This document shows, in pieces, positions 57,425-64,000 of a stretch of DNA of 64,000 bases. The stretch comes from Bacteroidetes bacterium GWF2_33_38. GTDB lineage: Bacteria > Bacteroidota > Bacteroidia > Bacteroidales > GWF2-33-38. The stretch is from the NCBI GenBank assembly GCA_001769505.1, contig MEOF01000019.1, positions 68,159 to 132,158 on the forward strand, read 5' to 3'. The notes under the pieces are model-generated. The model worked only from the letters and a program-made list of their open reading frames with translations. It was not told where the DNA came from and did no database searches. Made by a program: the position numbers and the translations under genes. The stretch's first letter is position 1; each line of letters begins with the position of its first letter.

Positions 57425-58153
57425 ATGAAAGTTATTGGAATAATTCCTGCTCGATACAATTCATCTCGTTTTTCCGGAAAACCATTGGTTATAATCCATG
57501 GCAAAACAATGATTCGGCGAGTTTATGAGCAAGCATGTAAAGCTCTCGATATTGTTTATGTTGCTACCGACGATGACCGAATAAAATGCGAAGTTGTAAA
57601 ATTTGGCGGAAAAGTGGTTATGACTTCGACTAATCATCAAAGTGGAACCGATAGATGTGCCGAAGCCGTTCAAATAATTCAGAAAATAGACAATGATAAT
57701 TTCGATATTGTAGTTAACATTCAGGGCGATGAACCGTTTATTAATCCCGAGCAAATTAAAATGATTGTATCGTGTTTTGAAAATCAAAATACGCAAATTG
57801 CTACCTTAATTAAAGAAATACAAGCGATTTCGGAAATTAGCAATCAGAATACACCAAAAGTTGTTGTAAACAAAAACCTTGAAGCTATATATTTTAGTCG
57901 TTCAGTTATTCCGTTTAATCGAAATAAGTTGAATGTTGCTTATTATAAGCACATTGGAATGTATGCATACAAAATTAACGTGCTATTTGAAATTACAAAA
58001 TTACAGCCATCAAGTCTTGAGCTAAGTGAATCGTTGGAACAGCTTCGCTGGCTCGAAAATGGATATAAAATACAAACGGCTATTACAAATCTCGATACTA
58101 TCTCGATTGATACAAAAGAAGATTTAGAAAAGGCTGTAAAATACCGCTTTTAA
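57425..58153 (+). CDS. kdsB: 3-deoxy-manno-octulosonate cytidylyltransferase
   Basis: The motifs are IIPARYNSSRFSGKPL and NIQGDEPFI. The length is 242 aa. Confidence 0.9.
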   Translation: MKVIGIIPARYNSSRFSGKPLVIIHGKTMIRRVYEQACKALDIVYVATDDDRIKCEVVKFGGKVVMTSTNHQSGTDRCAEAVQIIQKIDNDNFDIVVNIQGDEPFINPEQIKMIVSCFENQNTQIATLIKEIQAISEISNQNTPKVVVNKNLEAIYFSRSVIPFNRNKLNVAYYKHIGMYAYKINVLFEITKLQPSSLELSESLEQLRWLENGYKIQTAITNLDTISIDTKEDLEKAVKYRF

Positions 58154-58428
58154 AATTTGATATTCCGTTTTGGAGAAAAAGAGATTTTTCCGCCTTTGCT
58201 GGAATCCTTTCCAGTAAAGCAATGAAGAGGAAATAGATGTTGGAAGGGATTTCAACATCGGCACAAAAATTATATTTTTTTCAAGCAACGTTTCAATTCC
58301 TTTGAACTCTGCGTTCAATTATGCCGCGTCCCTTGAAGGAGACAAGCTGGAAAGTAAGGAGCAAAAATGGAATTGATTAACACAAAATCAAAGATATTAA
58401 CAATCGTAAGATATATTGTTTTTTTATT

Positions 58429-58436
58429 TATTTTTG
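58429..58436 (+). promoter_or_regulatory. Bacteroidota -7 promoter box TATTTTTG
   Basis: It lies 41 nt upstream of the ATG at 58477. Confidence 0.35.
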
Positions 58437-58476
58437 CTAGTAGATAAAAGTAAAAACAACAAAAAATATTGGATTA

Positions 58477-58845
58477 ATGGAAGGTTTTGAAAAAAAAGAA
58501 AGCGAGAACTCAAGGGAGGAAATTTTTTCTAAAGCTATTCGTGCTGGGAAAAGAACCTATTTTTTTGATGTCAAATCAACAAAAAGAAATGAGTACTATT
58601 TGACAATTACCGAAAGTAAAAAAAGATTTGACCGAGAAGGAAATTTTCATTTCGAGAAGCATAAAATTTTCCTTTACAAAGAAGACTTTGAGAAATTTTC
58701 GGAAGGATTAGCCGAAATAGTTAATTATATTAAAGAAAATGCACCTGAGGTTGAAGATTTACCAGATGAATACGGTGAAGAAAGAGACGAATCCTCATCA
58801 AGTTATTCTAATGTTGAGTTCGATGATTTAGAAAACAGAAAATAA
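58477..58845 (+). CDS. DUF3276 / PUR-alpha-like nucleic-acid-binding protein
   Basis: RAGKRTYFFDVKSTKRNEYYLTITESKKR is the family hallmark. The tail is acidic. Confidence 0.75.
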   Translation: MEGFEKKESENSREEIFSKAIRAGKRTYFFDVKSTKRNEYYLTITESKKRFDREGNFHFEKHKIFLYKEDFEKFSEGLAEIVNYIKENAPEVEDLPDEYGEERDESSSSYSNVEFDDLENRK

Positions 58846-58850
58846 GAAAT

Positions 58851-58878
58851 AAAAAAAGAGGCTTTTGCCTCTTTTTTT
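58851..58878. terminator. Bidirectional terminator between convergent genes
   Basis: In AAAAAAAGAGGC-TTTT-GCCTCTTTTTTT, a perfect palindrome is flanked by A and T runs. Confidence 0.7.
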
Positions 58879-60076
58879 ATTTAACCCTACCAGGGTATTC
58901 TTTTAATGCTACTTCGAGACATTCCATAGCATTTTTAATATCTTCCTTATTTAGTACGTAGGCAATTCGAACTTCATTTTTTCCCAATCCTTTTGTTGAA
59001 TAAAATCCAGTTGCTGGAGCAAACATAATTGTTTGTTTTTTGTATTCAAAATCATTTAAAAGCCATTGGCAGAATTTATCAGAGTCGTCGATTGGTAATC
59101 TTGCAATTGTATAAAATGCACCTTTTGGAGTTGGACAGAAAACGCCTGGTATTTTATTTAAAGCCTCGACTGTAAAATTTCGTCGTGAAATGTATTCGTT
59201 GTAAACTTCATCAAAATATTCTTTTGGAGTATCGAGAGCAGCTTCACCGGCAATTTGTCCAAACGATGGTGGGCTTAGTCTTGCCTGAGCAAATTTCATT
59301 GCGGTAGCAATTACTTCTTTATTTTTACTAATCATAACACCAATACGAACTCCGCATGCACTATATCTTTTTGATACAGAATCCATTAAAATTACATTGT
59401 TCTCAATTTCAGGTATTTGAAGAGCTGAAAAATGTGTTTGACCATCGTAGCAAAATTCTCGATAAACCTCATCGGAAAATAAAAACAAATCGTACTTTTT
59501 AACCAAAAGGCTCAATTTTTTTAATTCCTCTTCTGAATATAAATATCCGGTTGGATTATTCGGATTGCAAATTAAAATAGCTTTAGTTTTTGGAGTTATC
59601 AGTTTTTCAAATTCTTCGATTGGAGGCAAGGCAAAGCCATTTTCAATTACAGATGTGATGGGTTTAATAACAACGCTTGCTGCCGTTGTAAATCCATTGT
59701 AATTTGCGTAGAATGGTTCAGGAATAATAACTTCGTCGCCTGGATTCATACATGTCATAATTGCAAAAGAAATTGCTTCAGAACCACCTGTAGTAACGAT
59801 TAATTCGTGATGATTTACGTTAATTCCAATGTTTTGATAATATTTGGCAAGTTTAATTCTATATGACTCACTACCAGCTGAATGCGAGTATTCTACAACG
59901 TCCATTTTAATATTTTTAATGGCGTTAATTGCAACTTCGGGAGTTAAAATATCGGGTTGTCCAATATTAAGATGATATACTTTTACTCCTCTTTTTTTGG
60001 CTTGTTCGGCAAATGGAACTAATTTCCTGATAGGAGATTCAGGCATTGTAATACCACGTTCAGATATATTTGGCAT
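58877..60076 (-). CDS. Class I PLP-dependent aminotransferase (aspartate/aromatic type)
   Basis: SVSKRYSACGVRIG carries the PLP lysine. NPNNPTG is present. The length is 399 aa. Confidence 0.8.
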   Translation of the reverse strand: MPNISERGITMPESPIRKLVPFAEQAKKRGVKVYHLNIGQPDILTPEVAINAIKNIKMDVVEYSHSAGSESYRIKLAKYYQNIGINVNHHELIVTTGGSEAISFAIMTCMNPGDEVIIPEPFYANYNGFTTAASVVIKPITSVIENGFALPPIEEFEKLITPKTKAILICNPNNPTGYLYSEEELKKLSLLVKKYDLFLFSDEVYREFCYDGQTHFSALQIPEIENNVILMDSVSKRYSACGVRIGVMISKNKEVIATAMKFAQARLSPPSFGQIAGEAALDTPKEYFDEVYNEYISRRNFTVEALNKIPGVFCPTPKGAFYTIARLPIDDSDKFCQWLLNDFEYKKQTIMFAPATGFYSTKGLGKNEVRIAYVLNKEDIKNAMECLEVALKEYPGRVK

Positions 60077-60094
60077 TTTAAAAAGGATTATGGT

Positions 60095-60604
60095 TTAAAA
60101 TTTTGCTTGGCTAGCTGGTTTTTCTTCAATCTTTTTTTCTTCAATAGGTTGAGCTTTAATAACCTCTTTGTCTGGAGTTTGACTTGTGTTTTCTTGAGGT
60201 AAAACTTTACCTTTTATGGTTAAAACTTCACTAGGATTTTTTGCATTCGAAGTTACAGTAATAGTTTTGGTAAAGTTCCCAACTCTCTTCGTGTCATATT
60301 TTACTTTAATAACTCCTGTTTTTCCTTTAGCGATAGGTTCTTTGGGCCAAGAAGGGGTAGTACATCCGCACGAAGTTCTTACATTTGTAATAGTTAACGG
60401 TTCTTTCCCAGTGTTTTTAAATTCGAAATCATATGTTCCGTCTCCTGCATTTGGAATTTCGCCAAAATCATGTAAATTTTTAACAAAGGTAATTTCCGGA
60501 GCTTTCTTATTAACTGGCTGTGGTTCTTCCTTAACTTCTGTTTGTGAGTAACTAATTGTTAAAACAGCAAAAAAACAAATTGTGAGGAACATTAATTTTT
60601 TCAT
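60095..60604 (-). CDS. DUF1573-domain secreted protein
   Basis: HDFGEIPNAGDGTYDFEFKNTGKEPLTITNVRTSCGCTTP is the DUF1573 hallmark. Confidence 0.8.
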   Translation of the reverse strand: MKKLMFLTICFFAVLTISYSQTEVKEEPQPVNKKAPEITFVKNLHDFGEIPNAGDGTYDFEFKNTGKEPLTITNVRTSCGCTTPSWPKEPIAKGKTGVIKVKYDTKRVGNFTKTITVTSNAKNPSEVLTIKGKVLPQENTSQTPDKEVIKAQPIEEKKIEEKPASQAKF

Positions 60605-60749
60605 GATTTCAAATTTTATTACAAATATAGAGTTTATTGTTGTCTAGCGACATGTTAGAAAATAGTATTTTTACAAAAATAATTATTTCGAAACAATACT
60701 TAGCTTTATTTGGATTCTTTATTTTAAGTATTTTACTAAAAAATGTTAA

Positions 60750-60786
60750 AAAAATAAAAAAGCCTGTCATAAAATTTGACAGGCTT
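60750..60786 (-). terminator. Rho-independent terminator after the ornithine carbamoyltransferase gene
   Basis: AGCCTGTCA (60761-60769) pairs with TGACAGGCT (60777-60785). On the minus strand the stem is followed by a T-run. Confidence 0.7.
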
Positions 60787-60807
60787 ATATTGTAAATATT
60801 CGATTTA

Positions 60808-61809
60808 TTAGTTTCCTAAAGTTGCCACCATAACGGCTTTAATTGTATGCATACGATTTTCGGCTTCGTCAAAAACGATTGAAGCTGGAGATTCAAAAAC
60901 GTCTTCGGTAACTTCCATGCCATCAAGACCAAATTTTTGAAAAATTTCAGCACCTACTTTTGTTTCCTTATTATGGAATGCAGGTAAACAATGCATAAAT
61001 TTAGTTTTTGGATTGCCTGTTGCAGCCATTAACTCTTTATTTACTTGATATGGTTTAAGCATTGCAATTCGTTCATTCCAAACTGAATCGGGTTCTCCCA
61101 TTGATACCCAAACATCGGTATATATAAAGTCAACATCTTTTACGGCAGCTTTTGCATCTTCGGTAATCAATATTTTAGCTCCAGTTTCTTTTGCAATTTC
61201 GCGGCATTGTGCAACTAATTTTTCGTCAGGTTGAACGCTCTTAGGAGCAGCTGAACGGAAATCCATTCCCATTTTTGCAGCACCAACCAACAATGAATTT
61301 CCCATGTTGTTGCGAGCGTCCCCTAAGTATGCAAATTTGATTTGATGCAATGGTTTATCGCAATGCTCAATCATAGTCATGAAGTCGGCTAAAATTTGGG
61401 TTGGGTGAAACTCGTTTGTTAAGCCGTTCCAAACAGGTACACCTGCAAATGCGGCTAATTCTTCAACTATTTCTTGTCCGTAGCCTCTATATTCGATTCC
61501 ATCGTACATTCTTCCAAGAACACGAGCGGTATCTTTAACCGATTCTTTTTTCCCCATTTGTGAGCCAGTTGGTCCTAAATAAGTAACATGAGCTCCTTGA
61601 TCTAGAGCTGCAACTTCGAAAGCACAACGTGTACGAGTTGAGTCTTTTTCAAAAATTAAGGCAATATTTTTACCTTTTAATTTTTGTTGTTCAGTTCCTG
61701 AATATTTTGCTTTTTTTAACTCAAAAGATAAGTCAAGCATAAACTTAATTTCTTGTGGTGTAAAATCTAAAAGTTTCAAAAAACTTCGGTTTCTCAAATT
61801 AAAAGCCAT
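60808..61809 (-). CDS. arcB: Ornithine carbamoyltransferase (classical ArgI/ArcB type)
   Basis: The motifs are [17 protein letters not shown] and HCLPAFH. From memory the protein is alignable end to end with E. coli ArgI. It is adjacent to carbamate kinase, suggesting a catabolic role. Confidence 0.85.
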   Translation of the reverse strand: MAFNLRNRSFLKLLDFTPQEIKFMLDLSFELKKAKYSGTEQQKLKGKNIALIFEKDSTRTRCAFEVAALDQGAHVTYLGPTGSQMGKKESVKDTARVLGRMYDGIEYRGYGQEIVEELAAFAGVPVWNGLTNEFHPTQILADFMTMIEHCDKPLHQIKFAYLGDARNNMGNSLLVGAAKMGMDFRSAAPKSVQPDEKLVAQCREIAKETGAKILITEDAKAAVKDVDFIYTDVWVSMGEPDSVWNERIAMLKPYQVNKELMAATGNPKTKFMHCLPAFHNKETKVGAEIFQKFGLDGMEVTEDVFESPASIVFDEAENRMHTIKAVMVATLGN

Positions 61810-61829
61810 AATTTCCTCCTTAATTAATG

Positions 61830-62780
61830 TTATTTATTTAAAACGATTCTTGTTCCTGCATTTAGTTTTCCTAATTCGCTCGATGCTGTAATAATGGCAA
61901 CTTTACCTCCTGCTTTAATAAATTCTCTTGCTGCCTGAACTTTTGGAGCCATACTTCCTTCGCCAAATTGTTTATCTAAAATATATTGTTTTGCTTCAGC
62001 AACAGTAACTACATCAAGATTTTTTTGTTCAGGAGTTCCATAGTTTAAGCAAACTTTTGGAACATCGGTTAAGATATACAATTCGTCGGCTCCAATTTGT
62101 TGAGCTAATAATGAAGATGCTAAATCTTTGTCGATAACAGCATCGATTCCTTGCAATACGTTTGGTTCTTTGTAAAAAACAGGAATTCCACCTCCACCAA
62201 CTGCGATGATAATTTGACCATTTCGTGCCAACGTCTCAATTGATTTGCGGTTTGCAATTCGATTTGGTTTTGGTGATGCAACAACTTTACGCCAACCTCC
62301 ACGATTTTTATCTTCTTTATAAACCGTTTCGGGATTTATTTTTAAAAACTCGTCAACTTGTTCTTTTGAATAATATGGACCGATTGGTTTTGTTGGATTT
62401 TGGAAAGCGGGGTCGCTTTTGTTAACCAACACTTGTGTAACTAATGTTAAAATATCTCGATTGATATTTTGGCTTTCCAATAAATTTCTCAACTGTTGTT
62501 CAATCATATAACCAATAAAGCCTTGCGAATATGCACCACAAATATCTAGGGGCATCTCTGGCACGCCATATTTTTCAGCTCCTGCACTATTTTGTAGCAA
62601 AATATTTCCAACTTGCGGACCATTACCGTGAGTAATTACTAAGTTATATCCTTGTTTAATGAGCTCTAATAAGTTTCTACATGTATTTAATACATTTTCT
62701 TCTTGTTCGTCGATTGTTCCTTTTTGACCTGCACGCAGCAGAGCATTTCCGCCTAAGGCAACTACAGCTAATTTGTTCAT
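61830..62780 (-). CDS. arcC: Carbamate kinase
   Basis: The motifs are [18 protein letters not shown] and VGGGGIPV. The length is 316 aa. Confidence 0.9.
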   Translation of the reverse strand: MNKLAVVALGGNALLRAGQKGTIDEQEENVLNTCRNLLELIKQGYNLVITHGNGPQVGNILLQNSAGAEKYGVPEMPLDICGAYSQGFIGYMIEQQLRNLLESQNINRDILTLVTQVLVNKSDPAFQNPTKPIGPYYSKEQVDEFLKINPETVYKEDKNRGGWRKVVASPKPNRIANRKSIETLARNGQIIIAVGGGGIPVFYKEPNVLQGIDAVIDKDLASSLLAQQIGADELYILTDVPKVCLNYGTPEQKNLDVVTVAEAKQYILDKQFGEGSMAPKVQAAREFIKAGGKVAIITASSELGKLNAGTRIVLNK

Positions 62781-62853
62781 GGTTTTCTATATTTGTTTAA
62801 GGGTACAAAACTAAAATATTTTTCAAAAAATATAAATGTTTATTCAGAATTTC

Positions 62854-64000
62854 TTATTTACGTCGAATAATTATTAATCCGATAAAAGTTATTAATCCGT
62901 TTAGAATCAATAATTCGAAGCCAAATTTATAACCATTAAATAATAACTCGGAATTTACACTTAATATGTAACTTATTATTGGAGAGATAATTGCAATTAT
63001 AGGAACCCATTTGTCTCTGACATTAAATTTTGTAAATAAACCAAAACTATACAATCCCAAAAGAGGTCCGTAAGTGTAACCTGCAACCGTAAATAGCTTG
63101 TCAATTACAGCTCTGTCGTTTATGGCTCTAAATAAGACAATTACGAGTAAAAGCAAGATAGCAAAACTTAGATGAACAATGTATCTCGTTTTTTTCGTTT
63201 GTTGTTCTGATAAATTTTTTCGTTTGATTCCTAATATATCAATGGTAAACGAAGTAGTCAGAGAGGTTAATGCACCGTCGGCACTTGGGTATGCTGCTGA
63301 AATTAATCCGATTAAAAATACAATTCCGGCTACCGGACTTAAATATTGAAGAGCAACAATAGGGAATAAATCGTCGGATGCATTTGGTACGTTGATGTTG
63401 ATTGAAGTTGCGTAAAACAATAAAACGGCACCTAAAACGAGAAATAAAAAGTTTACAAAAATCAATACAAAGCTAAAAGAGATCATGTTTTTTTGAGCGT
63501 CTTTAAGATTTTTGCAGCTTAAGTTTTTTTGCATCATTTCTTGGTCAAGTCCGGTCATCACAATGGTAATGAAAATTCCACTTAAAAATTGTTTTATAAA
63601 GAAGCGTTTGTCGTGCCAATCGGTTACTAAAATTTTCGAATAGTCGCTATCCATAACCTTTGAAAATAAACTAGATATGCTTAGATTAAGTTCTTGACTA
63701 ATAAAAACAATAGAAAGAACCACTGCTAACAACATAAAAGTAGTTTGCAGAGTGTCGGTCCAAATTATCGTTTTTATTCCTCCTTCAAATGTGTAAAGTA
63801 TAATAAGAGAGATAAATATTAAAACTGTAACCCAAAATGGCACGCTCCAAGCATCGAAAACAAAAATTTGTAAAACATTAACTACCAAAAACATGCGAAA
63901 CGAAGCCCCAATTACTCTCGAAAGAATAAAGAACGAAGAGCCGGTTTTGTAAGAATACTTCCCGAATCGCTGCTCGAGATACGAATAAATCGATGTTAGA
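62854..64000 (-). CDS. Sodium:solute symporter family transporter (5' end outside the window)
   Basis: It is polytopic. The reading frame stays open upstream of the track ATG (63894) to the window edge and there encodes ...YLEQRFGKYS..., an SSF N-terminal motif. Confidence 0.7.
   Translation of the reverse strand, partial: LTSIYSYLEQRFGKYSYKTGSSFFILSRVIGASFRMFLVVNVLQIFVFDAWSVPFWVTVLIFISLIILYTFEGGIKTIIWTDTLQTTFMLLAVVLSIVFISQELNLSISSLFSKVMDSDYSKILVTDWHDKRFFIKQFLSGIFITIVMTGLDQEMMQKNLSCKNLKDAQKNMISFSFVLIFVNFLFLVLGAVLLFYATSININVPNASDDLFPIVALQYLSPVAGIVFLIGLISAAYPSADGALTSLTTSFTIDILGIKRKNLSEQQTKKTRYIVHLSFAILLLLVIVLFRAINDRAVIDKLFTVAGYTYGPLLGLYSFGLFTKFNVRDKWVPIIAIISPIISYILSVNSELLFNGYKFGFELLILNGLITFIGLIIIRRK

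Noticed and set aside
58320-58370. Similarity of CCTTGAAGGAGACAAGC to the SRP RNA domain IV motif (GGAAGGAAGCAGC).
   Set aside because: The match is loose. The symmetric and asymmetric loop context and the closing helix of 4.5S RNA are not evident, so I cannot support an ffs call.
1-64000. The short (60-115 aa) ORFs in the track that lie antisense to or nested in long genes. Examples are 1527-1742, 5466-5804, 26262-26609, 31811-32032, 34736-34948, 41690-41992, 58124-58318 and 60216-60551.
   Set aside because: They overlap well-supported long ORFs on the opposite strand or in another frame. Their composition is low-complexity or hydrophobic, as expected from AT-rich antisense sequence, and they have no recognisable motifs. 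I treated them as spurious.
1-64000. CRISPR arrays, tRNA, rRNA or tmRNA genes, transposases, integrases and prophage genes.
   Set aside because: I saw no regularly spaced direct repeats, no cloverleaf-like GC-rich segments of about 75 nt, no rRNA-like stretches, and no ORF with DDE, tyrosine- or serine-recombinase motifs on either strand.

Overview
This is a 64-kb chromosomal window from a very AT-rich Bacteroidota-type genome. Supporting marks are a T9SS C-terminal sorting domain, DUF1573, SPOR/TPR envelope proteins, TAnnTTTG -7 promoter boxes and a PPi-dependent PFK. Most of the window is housekeeping or envelope genes. These include a YfiR-like/CHASE8-HAMP sensor module and a TPR-LytS kinase with a LytTR regulator next to a T9SS protein and a 1087-aa repeat adhesin. 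There is also hypF, and an xdhC-xdhA-[four-helix-bundle cassette]-xdhB xanthine dehydrogenase cluster. Further genes are proline dehydrogenase, a NapH-like polyferredoxin pair, pfp, serC, uvrA, a Wza/Wzc exopolysaccharide locus, glnA, kdsB and arcB-arcC. The stand-out is a visibly AT-richer accessory island of about 4 kb (about 27.9-31.9 kb) between a TauE-like gene and pfp. It holds a secreted trypsin-like protease, a 3'-truncated DUF6602-like nuclease gene, and then a DUF3800 protein plus a retron-type reverse transcriptase. That two-gene module is bracketed by two related GC-rich imperfect palindromes carrying integron attC-like core motifs. I could not find a canonical msr/msd by eye. A family of short AT-rich repeats marks this island, the four-helix-bundle cassette and several other intergenic sites. 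I saw no rRNA, tRNA, CRISPR array, transposase or integrase. All calls rest on reading the translations and sequence by eye; no searches were run.
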